The position numbers and the translations under genes are program-made. From Candidatus Cloacimonadales bacterium (lineage in GTDB: Bacteria > Cloacimonadota > Cloacimonadia > Cloacimonadales > JAFGVF01): a stretch of DNA of 64,000 nt. The notes under the pieces are model-generated. The model did no database searches and was not told the DNA's origin. It worked only from the letters and a program-made list of their open reading frames with translations. Each line of letters begins with the position of its first letter. Within the stretch, counting starts at the first letter, position 1. The DNA is taken from the NCBI GenBank assembly GCA_963667035.1, contig OY762964.1:800001-864000 (forward strand), written 5' to 3'. Of this stretch, positions 9,531 to 19,744 are shown one piece after another.

Positions 9531-10081
9531 AAATAACTCCTCGTTTCTCAGCCATCTTTCCTCTTAATATTTTGGTCATACGGGTTATGAAGAGGAGTGA
9601 GATCGTTTATTGAAAATAATTAAATAGAGTTAATAATAGTAACTTTTAGTGTCAAGGATAATGCAATTGAATTTATGTGGTAAATTATAATAGTGCAAAA
9701 CCGGGTAAAAAAAGAACACAAACTGTAGTCCGTGTCCTAATCTTATGGTAAAACTGTAACTGTTACCGGCAAGATGCTTGTGCATCATGTATAACGGTTA
9801 ATCGTTTATTGTAACTCAAATCATCAAAACAGCATCTTTAATGATGGTTTTGCTCTTACCAGTTTAAACATCACTTACTGTTATTAGGACAAATCTGTTC
9901 TATTACTTCCATGATTTAAACTTATAGGCTATGTTTGCAAAGCTATACAAGAATCATCTTTACATAATGAAATAGCTTTCTATGCATGTAATCATGAATA
10001 TAGATGAGGTTATTAATTTTATAACTTAATAACCTAATGGCAGTTGCATCTACACAGTTGATGCAGTGAAAAAGGAGAGAT

Positions 10082-10744
10082 ATGAAACCACTAATACTAT
10101 TTGATGTAAATGGAACCCTGATAAAGAGAGATAGCAGAACAGACCTACCATATGAATATGCTGTAAATGAGCTGTTGAGTATAGAGAATGGATTAGAAGG
10201 GGTGAACACATCAGCCCGATCTGATGTGGATGTTCTGATGGAGATACTTGAAAAGAGGGGACTTGAGTATTCTGATGAACTTTGGAAGAAGTTCATGATC
10301 CAGTATATAAAACAATTGGAAGCATATAAAGAAACAGATGTTTGGCGTGAGAATAGTACTGCAATTGAGTTTGTAACCAGACTTGCCAATGCAGGATATC
10401 CTCTTGCTCTCATCACAGGAGAACTAAGTATCGGTGCTGAATATAAACTTAAGAAACTGGGTATCTGGCAATACTTTTCGACAGGAGGTTTTGGCGAGGA
10501 TGGACTTAAGCGGTTCGAGATTGCAGACATGGCAGTAGCTAATGCCGAGGAGCACTTTCAGTGTAAATTCAATAAAATCTTCCTAATCGGGGATACAGTA
10601 TTAGATATCAAGACAGCAAGATATATCGGGGCAAGAGTAATATCAATAGCAACCGGCTCGAATAGTAAGGAAGAACTTGCAGAGTATAATCCTGATTATC
10701 TTATTAATGAATTCAATGAGATATCAATAGATATGTTAGTATGA
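10082..10744 (+). CDS. HAD-family hydrolase
   Basis: LFDVNGTL, LITG, LIGDT..DI motifs (second Asp of motif I is Asn); AGGAG RBS. Confidence 0.85.
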   Translation: MKPLILFDVNGTLIKRDSRTDLPYEYAVNELLSIENGLEGVNTSARSDVDVLMEILEKRGLEYSDELWKKFMIQYIKQLEAYKETDVWRENSTAIEFVTRLANAGYPLALITGELSIGAEYKLKKLGIWQYFSTGGFGEDGLKRFEIADMAVANAEEHFQCKFNKIFLIGDTVLDIKTARYIGARVISIATGSNSKEELAEYNPDYLINEFNEISIDMLV

Positions 10745-10762
10745 AGCATAGTAGGAAGAGAT

Positions 10763-11710
10763 ATGAATAAGAGAATAATTTGTAGAGTAGAACTGATTCC
10801 AAACTATATTTGGTCTATATTGGCAACTGCTGATTTATGGGATACCAAAACTCTCACGAACATCCCCAATTATGATACTCGGGATATGGATATTCTATTC
10901 AAATACAGGGATTTGATAAAATGGGGGAATGGTAGGGTAGGAGCTTTAACAAACCTGCTTTTCTTCCATCCTCTTGCTAAGGGTGAAATGAGCGCCGATG
11001 AATATTTAAATTTTCTTGCAGAGATAAAAGAGGGTTTACTTTATGAAGAGGCGAAAGTACTAAATCTATTAAGGTTTAAGAGTCTTACAAAACAGGGATT
11101 TGATGAGATCAGACCGATTATTATCAAAATTATAGAAGTATTCAAGAGAAACTTACATATTTACATAGATGAAGTATGGGAGTTCCATAAAGAAATTTTA
11201 AATAATAAAAAGCTTGAGATGGACACACTTCTGAATCAAGAAGATATGATAGGGAAGTGGGAGATCTTTCTCGGAGTAAAGTTTCCGGGTGATGTTTTTG
11301 ATATTATACTTAGCTATGACAATAGCAAAATGCCTTCAGCTAATAATCTGAGTCGTACAAGATACAATTTTTACTATAACGATAATCTGGTGAATTTTCT
11401 CCAACATGAAATCGGCACAAATCTTCTGGGAGAATCAATGTCCTCGCTATACGATGATAAGGATATGCTAGATAGTGCTATATTGGACAATAACTTGATA
11501 TGGTTGGCATTTGAGAGTCTGGCAGAATACATTAAAGGGATTCTCTTTTATCAACGGGATGTTTGGGAAGGAGAAATGTTTGGTGGTGGTAAATATAACT
11601 TTGTATGGTTTTTTCAACATTATGAGAAAAGCATAACTATACCTTTAACGGAATCCCCTAGAGCAATAATGAAAAGAGCTGTTTTGTCCTACATAAAGGA
11701 AGGTGTATAG
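10763..11710 (+). CDS. hypothetical protein (possible degenerate zincin-like HExxT)
   Basis: 315-aa ORF; QHEIGT and downstream ESLAE. Confidence 0.6.
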   Translation: MNKRIICRVELIPNYIWSILATADLWDTKTLTNIPNYDTRDMDILFKYRDLIKWGNGRVGALTNLLFFHPLAKGEMSADEYLNFLAEIKEGLLYEEAKVLNLLRFKSLTKQGFDEIRPIIIKIIEVFKRNLHIYIDEVWEFHKEILNNKKLEMDTLLNQEDMIGKWEIFLGVKFPGDVFDIILSYDNSKMPSANNLSRTRYNFYYNDNLVNFLQHEIGTNLLGESMSSLYDDKDMLDSAILDNNLIWLAFESLAEYIKGILFYQRDVWEGEMFGGGKYNFVWFFQHYEKSITIPLTESPRAIMKRAVLSYIKEGV

Positions 11711-11785
11711 GAACAAAGCTTTTCTATTGCCGTTATCATTTCATTGATACGTGTGATTTGTACAAATAAAAGTAAGGATTTAGGA

Positions 11786-11816
11786 AAAGTCCTGCCGGAT
11801 AAACCGGCAGGATTTC
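11786..11816. terminator. bidirectional terminator between convergent genes
   Basis: TCCTGCCGG-ATAAA-CCGGCAGGA. Confidence 0.75.
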
Positions 11817-11820
11817 AAGA

Positions 11821-12297
11821 TTAATTTTCCGGTTCGTTTACGACAATATCCTCTTTAAAGATATTTTGCCATTTAAACACAGGAATATTGTATTTTCTTA
11901 ATTCTTCTCGTTTAGGAATAGAAGTAACAATACCTCTTGCTTCCGCAATAGTCATTGCTCCGAAATAGTTACAGGTCTTCTCGTCAAAAATGATTTCACC
12001 TTTCTCATTGGGAGGAAAGGCTGTATCCATGTTGTCGAGAAAGAAGTTCTGCTGAACTTCGACTTCAAACGCTTCCTGCTCAATCTCTTTACCATTGATA
12101 GTTCCGGTTTCAATTATCTGAGACTTAACGAGTACGGTTACTCTTTTTGTATCAGAGTCTATGTTAAGATTTAAATCAACTTTAACGGAGTTTCCTTTTT
12201 TCTCTGCTCCCACAAACAAATCAGGATTATAGTCTTTATTTTCGATGTAGTTTTTAAGAAACAAATCTTTTGCTTTTACTAGTAATGTCTTACTCAT
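11821..12297 (-). CDS. SecB-like chaperone (putative)
   Basis: Beta-strand-rich N-terminal part then helix with EARGIV...YNIPVF, like the SecB R-x(n)-LP signature; 2 nt downstream of XRE gene. Confidence 0.5.
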   Translation of the reverse strand: MSKTLLVKAKDLFLKNYIENKDYNPDLFVGAEKKGNSVKVDLNLNIDSDTKRVTVLVKSQIIETGTINGKEIEQEAFEVEVQQNFFLDNMDTAFPPNEKGEIIFDEKTCNYFGAMTIAEARGIVTSIPKREELRKYNIPVFKWQNIFKEDIVVNEPEN

Positions 12298-12299
12298 AA

Positions 12300-12623
12300 C
12301 TATTCCTTTTCCTTTATTTCAAAGGAGTAACTAGCCTTGTTCTGCCTTTTATATTCTCCGAAGCAGAAATCAATCTTGATTTGTAACGCTGTTGCTATTT
12401 CAGAGATCTTTTGCAGACTCAAGTTGTTTTCAGTGTTTAACAGCTTACTAATTGCTGAACGAGAAATGCCCATTCTCATCGCAAGCTGAGATTTACTCAT
12501 CTTTTTAGCTTTCAATCTTCTCTCAACTTCTGCAAGAAAGCAACTTTGCAGGTTGTTGAAAACATCCTCGGATGTGATAGTCTCTCCAAAGAGGACTTCA
12601 GGTAGTACTACTTTCTTTTTCAT
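12300..12623 (-). CDS. XRE/HigA-like HTH protein
   Basis: MSKSQLAMRMGISRSAISKLLNTENNLSLQKISEIATAL; start moved to ATG 12623. Confidence 0.85.
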   Translation of the reverse strand: MKKKVVLPEVLFGETITSEDVFNNLQSCFLAEVERRLKAKKMSKSQLAMRMGISRSAISKLLNTENNLSLQKISEIATALQIKIDFCFGEYKRQNKASYSFEIKEKE

Positions 12624-12868
12624 GAGTATAATTTCTCTGATTGTATACAAAAGTCAAATGTAATGTAATATTGTGGAGTTATAGGTTTGCAGTTTTATGT
12701 TTATGCACTTTCATTGCTCTATCTTAATAATCGATAGAAATCGAAGCGATTCTTCAGAGTCTCTTGAGCAACCCCTGTTCAAATTAACAAGAGACAGGGA
12801 ACAAAGTGACCTGTTATTAAGTTGCTTTGATTATTTATTATGATAGAGCAGTGAAAAAGAAAAGATAG

Positions 12869-13726
12869 TTAAATATTCTGCCGATTATTAAATCTGAAGA
12901 TAAATATGGAAGTGATTATGACTAATCCTGAGCCAATCAGACTCAGAGTGTCCGGAATCTCCTTCCAAATTGTCAAACCTAATATGGCCGCGAATATTAT
13001 ATTGGAATAGTTATAAATAGAAACTTCAGAGGCTTTTGCATACTTGTAGGCATAGGTAAGACCAAACTGTCCAGCGGCAGCAAATATTCCGATTGCTATT
13101 AGAGAAAGGAATTCATTAAGACTTGGCATAACGAAATGAAAGGCAATAATCGGCAATAGAATCAGTACTGATATGAATGAGAAATAAAACACAATAGTTT
13201 TTGGTTTCTCTCCTTGATTACCTAAATATCTAACAGTTGTGTAAGCAGCTCCGGCACATATAGCCGAGAGAAAACCAGATAATGAAGGTATAACCGATAA
13301 ATCAAAACGTGGTTTGATTATCAGCATTGCAGAAAGGAATACGATTACCAATGCAATAATCTGTGGTTTATAGATTTTTTCTTTCAAGAAAACAAAGGCA
13401 AAAAGTGTGACAAAAAATGGCGACAGCTTGTTTAACATAGCTGAATCAGCCAGATTAAGATTGCTTATAGCGAAGAAATAGAGAAATACTCCCGATAAAC
13501 CTAGTAATGATCTCAAAATAAGGTACTTCCTGTTTCCCGGATTACCAAAGAAGCTTCCGGATGCTTTCCTAAACATAAAGAAAGTAACAATTAGGCTTAC
13601 TAGATTTCTAAAGAACACCTTTTCTAAAACCGGAATCCCCGAAAGATGCTTAACAAATACTGACATCAATGCAAATGATAGAGATGACAGAAGAATAAAT
13701 ATTACTGAACGTGTTTTGTTTGTCAT
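12869..13726 (-). CDS. DMT/EamA transporter
   Basis: About 10 TM, duplicated EamA halves, SPFF..LKEK. Confidence 0.9.
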   Translation of the reverse strand: MTNKTRSVIFILLSSLSFALMSVFVKHLSGIPVLEKVFFRNLVSLIVTFFMFRKASGSFFGNPGNRKYLILRSLLGLSGVFLYFFAISNLNLADSAMLNKLSPFFVTLFAFVFLKEKIYKPQIIALVIVFLSAMLIIKPRFDLSVIPSLSGFLSAICAGAAYTTVRYLGNQGEKPKTIVFYFSFISVLILLPIIAFHFVMPSLNEFLSLIAIGIFAAAGQFGLTYAYKYAKASEVSIYNYSNIIFAAILGLTIWKEIPDTLSLIGSGLVIITSIFIFRFNNRQNI

Positions 13727-13844
13727 GTTGTTAGGTGAATTGTGACAGAGAATCGGTCAATCGAAATGTAGTTTGATTTTCTTCATAATGCTTCAACTAC
13801 AAATATAATTGACATTAATCTTGTTTAATAATTCTGCTCATCAA

Positions 13845-15092
13845 ATGAGAATCAATGAACTTAATCCCATAGAAAAAAAGACCTTCTATTTATTACTAAT
13901 CGGAACTTTCTTTGCAGGTTTCATAATTAGTGTTGGAAGCATTCAGGATATTGTTGTTAAGAAAGCTCTTAACGCAGAGAATTGGCAATTGGCTGTTCTA
14001 ACAATGATATGGCCGGTTTCCAATATGTTCTCTATCTGGTGGGGAAAGTTTATTGAAAGAGCAGATTCATTGCGAAATTTCTTCATTTTTGCCGGTTTCT
14101 TTGGCAGAATAGCTATGCTACTCATATTCTATATTACAAATGTTAATCAGTTTATACTAATACTATTCCTAATGCACTCGGCAAACTCCATTATTGTCCC
14201 TGGAACAAGCAAAATATACCAATCTAATATCAGAAAGGAAGTGAGAGGAAAGCTTTACGGTTTTACTATGAGCTTACGTACGTTTATACTTCTTGTGTTA
14301 TCATACATCATCGGAAGACTGTTGGATTGGAATGAAGACCTTTTCAGATTAATAATAGCTGTTTGTGCAATAAGTGGGTTTGTGAACTGTATGATTCTTT
14401 CATCAATTAAGCTTGAGAAGAAACCTTCTAATAAACCAAAGGAAAGAGTACATCTGTTATCTCCTTTAATCAGAACCGTTGAGATTCTTAAAACAAACAA
14501 ACCCTTTGCCCATTTCCAGCGTAACTTTACGTTTTACGGTATGGGCTTTATAATGATGCAACCTGCACTTCCTATTTATCTGGTTGAAAAATTGCAGCTA
14601 TCTTATACTCAAAACTTTGTTGGTAAGATTATTATTGCTAATATAGGGCTTATGTTCTTATCCCCGCTCCTTGGTAGTAAACATGATTCATTCCATCCTT
14701 TCAAGTTTACTGCTATGGCATTTGGTGTTTTAATCCTTTATCCGGTTAGTATTCTCATTTCAGGTTACTTTGCACCTTCTACAATTGCAGTTAGTATAGC
14801 TTTTGTTGGATTCTTTGTATTCAGCATTGCCATGTCAGGGATAAATATGGCATGGAATATGAGCTCAATCCACTTTGCCGGAGACGATGACAGTTCCATG
14901 TATCAGAGTGTACATGTTACAGTGACAGCTTTTAGAGGTATTTTAGCCCCTCTATTGAGTTTGTTTTTAATTAATTACTTTGGTGTTATGACAGTGTTTA
15001 TGGTTGCAATAGGCTTTCTTATAATAGCCTCAATGTTAAGCTTTATGGATTATAGAGCTGTAAAATCAGGTAAGTTAGTAATAAAGGCATAA
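13845..15092 (+). CDS. MFS transporter
   Basis: About 12 TM, RGKLYG motif; ATG 13845 preferred to TTG 13809, which is the -35 box. Confidence 0.85.
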   Translation: MRINELNPIEKKTFYLLLIGTFFAGFIISVGSIQDIVVKKALNAENWQLAVLTMIWPVSNMFSIWWGKFIERADSLRNFFIFAGFFGRIAMLLIFYITNVNQFILILFLMHSANSIIVPGTSKIYQSNIRKEVRGKLYGFTMSLRTFILLVLSYIIGRLLDWNEDLFRLIIAVCAISGFVNCMILSSIKLEKKPSNKPKERVHLLSPLIRTVEILKTNKPFAHFQRNFTFYGMGFIMMQPALPIYLVEKLQLSYTQNFVGKIIIANIGLMFLSPLLGSKHDSFHPFKFTAMAFGVLILYPVSILISGYFAPSTIAVSIAFVGFFVFSIAMSGINMAWNMSSIHFAGDDDSSMYQSVHVTVTAFRGILAPLLSLFLINYFGVMTVFMVAIGFLIIASMLSFMDYRAVKSGKLVIKA

Positions 15093-15094
15093 TA

Positions 15095-15610
15095 ATGAAG
15101 ATTTGGGTGAGAGGAGTAAGTTGCTCAGGTAAGACAACTTTGGCAGGAAGACTTGGTAGAGAACTTAAAATACCGCATATTGAGCTAGATGAGCTATTCT
15201 GGTTACCTGATTGGAAACAAAGGGATAGGGAAGAGTTTAAAGAGCTTGTTAAAGAGAAATTAGCAATTCCTCATTGGGTAATAGATGGTAATTACACCTC
15301 GATCGAAGAAACTGTAACAGATAAATGTGATTACATTATCTGGTTGAATTATCCTTTACACAAAGTTCTTTGGAGATCTATATACAGAACATTCAACAGA
15401 ATAGTAAAGAAAGAGAAAGTATGTAATGGTAATTTAGAAACTTGGAAATTATTTATGACTAAAGAGGGTAATATGATTTTCTGGGTACTAAGTACATACA
15501 GAAAAAGACAAATTCAACTCAAACAAGCAAAACAAGACTATACAAATATCATTGAAATCAGAAAAGAAAGTGACATAGATAAACTGATTCAATCATTGCA
15601 AAAGAATTAG
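15095..15610 (+). CDS. adenylate kinase-like P-loop protein (FlaR/topology modulation family)
   Basis: GVSCSGKTT, ELDELFWLPDW, WVIDGNY. Confidence 0.85.
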   Translation: MKIWVRGVSCSGKTTLAGRLGRELKIPHIELDELFWLPDWKQRDREEFKELVKEKLAIPHWVIDGNYTSIEETVTDKCDYIIWLNYPLHKVLWRSIYRTFNRIVKKEKVCNGNLETWKLFMTKEGNMIFWVLSTYRKRQIQLKQAKQDYTNIIEIRKESDIDKLIQSLQKN

Positions 15611-15634
15611 CTACCTTATCTGTTTCGAATAGTT

Positions 15635-16033
15635 TTATTCCTGTTTAGTAGTCACAATTATCTTATCCAGTCCGCTTTGTTTAATCATATCCATTGCTTG
15701 AATCACAATACCGTAATCGGTAGATTTATCAGCTTTTAAAGTGACTGATTGAGTAGAGTCCTGTCCGGCAAATTCCGCTAAAGCGGAAGAGAGAGCTTGC
15801 AAGTCGGTATTTTTACCGTTTAGCTGGATTGTTCCTGTTTTATCAATAGTAACTTCCAGTTTGTCTACTTCAACATTACTAAAGCCTTCGGTTTCCGGTA
15901 ACTCAAGTTCCATACCGGGTTGCTCTGAGAACGTTGTTGTTAACATAAAGAAAATGAGCAATAAAAGAACAACATCAATTAGAGAAGTTATACTGATAAC
16001 TACGTTTCTCTTCTTCTTTGACATTAACTGCAT
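15635..16033 (-). CDS. exbD: ExbD/TolR
   Basis: ITSLIDVVLLLLIFFM, LKADK..YG.VI..MD. Confidence 0.9.
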   Translation of the reverse strand: MQLMSKKKRNVVISITSLIDVVLLLLIFFMLTTTFSEQPGMELELPETEGFSNVEVDKLEVTIDKTGTIQLNGKNTDLQALSSALAEFAGQDSTQSVTLKADKSTDYGIVIQAMDMIKQSGLDKIIVTTKQE

Positions 16034-16657
16034 TTAGCTGTCCTCATTGATTTTGTGAAGCTTTTGCATGAGAAGGTTGGCTGTCTTCTCCATATCTAAG
16101 ATTATATCTTCTGATTTAGAAGTGAAGTAGTTATAAAAAACAAGTGAAGGTATTCCAACCGTAAGTCCTATAGCAGTCGATAAAAGTGCTTCACTAATAC
16201 CTCCTGAAAGAGAAGAGGCTTCTCCGACTCCATTCAAAGAAATCATTTTGAATACTTTAATCATACCAATAACAGTTCCTAACAGACCGAGTAGTGGTGA
16301 TACTGCAGCAACTGTTTCTAATAATACCAAACCCTTTTCAAGTTTTCTCATCTCTTGGCGACCCTGATCTGAGAAAGCTTCTTTGATGATATCAAGAGGT
16401 TGACTAGATATATTAAGTCCGGAGAGCATTAGGTTTGCAAATGAACCTGGATGGCTGTTGCATACAGCTATTGCTTCTGTAATATCCTCTTTTTTGATGA
16501 TTCTACCAATAGCAAAATTAATCTCTGACTTTATGATTTTCTTTTTTCTTAGATTAACAAGTTTCTCAATTATCACAGCTACTGCAACAATGGAGAAAAG
16601 GATTAATGGATAAACTGTTATACCACTTTGTTTAATAGTGCTAATTACTTCTTGCAT
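16034..16657 (-). CDS. exbB: MotA/TolQ/ExbB proton channel
   Basis: SPLLGLLGTVIGMI, GISEALLSTAIGL. Confidence 0.9.
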   Translation of the reverse strand: MQEVISTIKQSGITVYPLILFSIVAVAVIIEKLVNLRKKKIIKSEINFAIGRIIKKEDITEAIAVCNSHPGSFANLMLSGLNISSQPLDIIKEAFSDQGRQEMRKLEKGLVLLETVAAVSPLLGLLGTVIGMIKVFKMISLNGVGEASSLSGGISEALLSTAIGLTVGIPSLVFYNYFTSKSEDIILDMEKTANLLMQKLHKINEDS

Positions 16658-17483
16658 TATGACCTCTTTGAATGATGTAGTTAAAGAATCCGGTTATTTC
16701 TAAATAATCTTCCGGAAAGTTTTCCGGTAGTTTCATAAACGGGAATGAATATCTGATAGCTCTAAGGCTTGTTTCGTCAAGGGTTTCATGAGTAGTTGAA
16801 TCTAACAATTGAACGCTTTCGAGTTTACCAGACTTATTGATTCTAAACTTTATGATGTTCTGTCCTTCTCCAATTCCCATTCTTGTAAATGACATGGGTG
16901 GACGGATATTGTTTTGTATCCTGTCTCTTAAAGCCAACATGTAAGGAGCATAGTCCCAGTTATAGGTGTTAAGAGCAAACCCACCTCTTCTATATGCCGA
17001 CTTGTTTAAATCTTTTACGGTTTCAGGAACCTTTTCTTGTTCCATTCTATGTTTATTCTCTTGGAATTGCTCCCAGAATTCCATAGCTGTAGGGTTAAAA
17101 GTATTGCCGGTTTCTTCCATCTCACTCTTCTGTTGTGTTCGAGGTAGCTCCATAGAGTAATCTTTATTCTCCGGAGACAATTCTTGGGGTGGTTGAGGAT
17201 TCCCCTCCGGCAGACTTAAGTCCGGATGCTCTTGAGAAGCTAGTGAGTTTCTATCTGATTCAAAAGCATCTTCTGCAGGAGTATCAGTTTCCTTCTGATT
17301 GGATTTAACAAGCTTAAACTCAAGTTTAGGTGGATTCTTTGAATTTGAACGAAGTTCATGCGGTTTATCAATTATCGGTTGCAACAGAGGAATCATCATG
17401 AATAAGATAATATGCAGGAGTATGGATATAATTACAAATATCCAGAACTTGTGTTCATTCTTAATTGATGATAAACTACTCAT
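16641..17483 (-). CDS. TonB/TolA-like energy transducer
   Basis: N-terminal TM with SILLH, Pro-rich linker, TonB_C-like end; operon with exbBD. Confidence 0.8.
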   Translation of the reverse strand: MSSLSSIKNEHKFWIFVIISILLHIILFMMIPLLQPIIDKPHELRSNSKNPPKLEFKLVKSNQKETDTPAEDAFESDRNSLASQEHPDLSLPEGNPQPPQELSPENKDYSMELPRTQQKSEMEETGNTFNPTAMEFWEQFQENKHRMEQEKVPETVKDLNKSAYRRGGFALNTYNWDYAPYMLALRDRIQNNIRPPMSFTRMGIGEGQNIIKFRINKSGKLESVQLLDSTTHETLDETSLRAIRYSFPFMKLPENFPEDYLEITGFFNYIIQRGHNARSN

Positions 17484-17561
17484 ATACTCCTGTTCTCGAA
17501 TTACTCTTTAATATTAATACAAACCAAATGAATGATTACGGCATAATTTTGTATATACAAC

Positions 17562-17589
17562 AAAAAGCCCACCTAAAAGGCAGGCTTTA
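17562..17589 (-). terminator. terminator after pfk
   Basis: AAAGCC...GGCTTT hairpin with A run (T run on minus). Confidence 0.55.
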
Positions 17590-17606
17590 AGCTATTAATA
17601 TAATAT

Positions 17607-18824
17607 CTACTTTTGAAGTAGTTTTGCTACTTTTGGAGCTCTCAATCTGTGCGAAACCTGATAACCTGAGCCAAGAAGAGGACGTGCATAGAACTTGAAA
17701 GCGTCTGTAACACCATTACCTTCCTCATTGATAAATTCATCAGGCATGTGACGTGTTTTTCCAGCAATATCTTCAAGAGGTACAAGATCATAGTCTACAG
17801 AATAGAAACCGGTTCGTTTAATTCTGATAGATCCGTCTCTATTATGCCATAAAGCATATTGTACTGCTCTTTCTCCTACTTCCCTTGCTTCATGTTGGTC
17901 AACATCTGAAACACAACCCATGAAAGAGCGTTGCAGATAACCGAATGTATCTGATCTTACACGTTTAATGGGAAGGTTCTCACGAATTAAATCGGAAAGC
18001 TTATCTCCAAGCATACCTGTTCCTGATAATTGGATGTTACCATGAGCATCTTTTTCGGTTTCTCCAACCAGTTTTGTAATAATAGGTACACCATTTTCAT
18101 CTGAGATACCTTCTGATACGGCAATTACACAACGACCGTATCTATCCCAGCATTTCTTTACGTCAGCTAAGAATTTATCTCTATGGAAAGGTCTTTCCGG
18201 AACGTAAATAAGATGCGGTCCATCGTCGGAATACTTTTGGGCTAAAGAGGCGGCTGCAGTTAAGAATCCTGCATGTCTACCCATAACTACACCAATATAA
18301 ACTCCGGGAAGGGCTCTGTTATCAAGATTAACACCTGTAAAAGCTGATGCAACATAGCGAGCTGCAGAACCATAACCCGGTGTATGATCATTTAAAACCA
18401 AGTCGTTATCAATAGTCTTTGGAATATGGATAGCTCTGAACTCATATTCAGCTATCTCAGCTTCCTGATTAACTATTCTAACCGTATCTGAAGAATCATT
18501 CCCACCTATGTAAAAGAAATAACGAATGTCATGAGCTTTCAACACTTTGAATATCTCTCTACAATATGCCTCATCAGGTTTATCTCGAGTTGTTCCTAAA
18601 GCAGAAGATGGAGTCATAGCCACTTGTTCCAGACTATGAGTGGTCTCTTGTGTCAAGTCTATGAAATCTTCATTTATAATACCATGAACACCATTCAAAG
18701 CACCATATACTCTAGTAACTTGCGGGAACTTACGAGCTTCAAGTACTACTCCTACCATAGATTGATTAATAACGGCAGTCGGTCCTCCTCCCTGAGCGAC
18801 CAGTACTTTACCTTCCAGTTTCAT
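17607..18824 (-). CDS. pfp: 6-phosphofructokinase, probably PPi-dependent
   Basis: QGGGPT, GGNDS (Asp) and PKTIDND (Lys) PPi-type signature, MGR. Confidence 0.88.
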   Translation of the reverse strand: MKLEGKVLVAQGGGPTAVINQSMVGVVLEARKFPQVTRVYGALNGVHGIINEDFIDLTQETTHSLEQVAMTPSSALGTTRDKPDEAYCREIFKVLKAHDIRYFFYIGGNDSSDTVRIVNQEAEIAEYEFRAIHIPKTIDNDLVLNDHTPGYGSAARYVASAFTGVNLDNRALPGVYIGVVMGRHAGFLTAAASLAQKYSDDGPHLIYVPERPFHRDKFLADVKKCWDRYGRCVIAVSEGISDENGVPIITKLVGETEKDAHGNIQLSGTGMLGDKLSDLIRENLPIKRVRSDTFGYLQRSFMGCVSDVDQHEAREVGERAVQYALWHNRDGSIRIKRTGFYSVDYDLVPLEDIAGKTRHMPDEFINEEGNGVTDAFKFYARPLLGSGYQVSHRLRAPKVAKLLQK

Positions 18825-18826
18825 TA

Positions 18827-19744
18827 TTATTCCTCCAATTTATCATCTTTATCTCTATTTCTTGGATGTGTCTGTTTATAAACAGATTTAATTTCGTTTA
18901 AAGTAACATGTGTGTAGATTTCAGTGGATGTCAAGAAGGAATGTCCTAACATCTCTTGAATAGCTCTTAAATCAGCTCCATTCTTAAGGAGATGGGTAGC
19001 AAATGTGTGTCTGATAGTATGAGCTGAATATCCTTTCTTTTGTGCAATGAGACTTATGTATCTATCTAAGATGATTCCCAGTTGCTCACTATCAAATGCT
19101 TTACCACTCTTTGTAAGAAAAAATATGTCACCACTAAATTCACTCACAAACTTATCTCTAATCTGATAATATTCTCTTAATGCAGATAGAGCTTTTTCTC
19201 CAACAGGAACAATTCTCTCTTTATTGCCTTTCCCTAAGACTTTTACCCTTCTATGTCTGAAATTCATTCTTTGCAGTGTCAGGCTTGCGACTTCTCCTAA
19301 ACGTAAACCGGAAGAGTATATCAGCTCAAGTATAGCCCGATCTCTGATACCGAATTTTGATGTTAAATCAGGAATTCTAAGTAATTGCTCCATTTCTTCT
19401 TCACTAAAAAAGGTTGGCAGTTTCTTCTCAAACTTGGGACTGTTCATACCTTCAATAGGATTCTCTGAGATTATTCCTTTTACTTTACAGTATTTGAAAA
19501 ACTTCTTTAATGCCGATAGTTTTCTAGCTAAGGAGCGATTATCAACTCCATTTTCGCTTAATTTTCTAAGGTGATCTCTAACGTAAATCTTTTTAACACT
19601 GCTTAAAACTACTCTCTCATTCGGGAAGTAGTTAACTATATGGTTATAAAACTGTTTCAAATCCATCTGATAAGATGTGATTGTGTGTTGTGACCTTCCT
19701 TCCAGTCTTAGGTATTTTAAAAAGTCTCTTATAATATCTTGCAT
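18827..19744 (-). CDS. xerC: XerC/XerD tyrosine recombinase
   Basis: RDRAILELIYSSGLR, GKGNKER, HTIRH, GADLR..LGH..TEIY. Confidence 0.85.
   Translation of the reverse strand: MQDIIRDFLKYLRLEGRSQHTITSYQMDLKQFYNHIVNYFPNERVVLSSVKKIYVRDHLRKLSENGVDNRSLARKLSALKKFFKYCKVKGIISENPIEGMNSPKFEKKLPTFFSEEEMEQLLRIPDLTSKFGIRDRAILELIYSSGLRLGEVASLTLQRMNFRHRRVKVLGKGNKERIVPVGEKALSALREYYQIRDKFVSEFSGDIFFLTKSGKAFDSEQLGIILDRYISLIAQKKGYSAHTIRHTFATHLLKNGADLRAIQEMLGHSFLTSTEIYTHVTLNEIKSVYKQTHPRNRDKDDKLEE

Noticed and set aside
9943..10530. 195-aa minus ORF and other nested short ORFs (e.g. 50821..51339, 54811..55254, 43081..43506, 53576..53878)
   Set aside because: Antisense or alternate-frame shadows of well-supported genes
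18827..19744. Prophage or island integrase
   Set aside because: Typical chromosomal Xer length and motifs, operonic with pfk, no mobile cargo nearby
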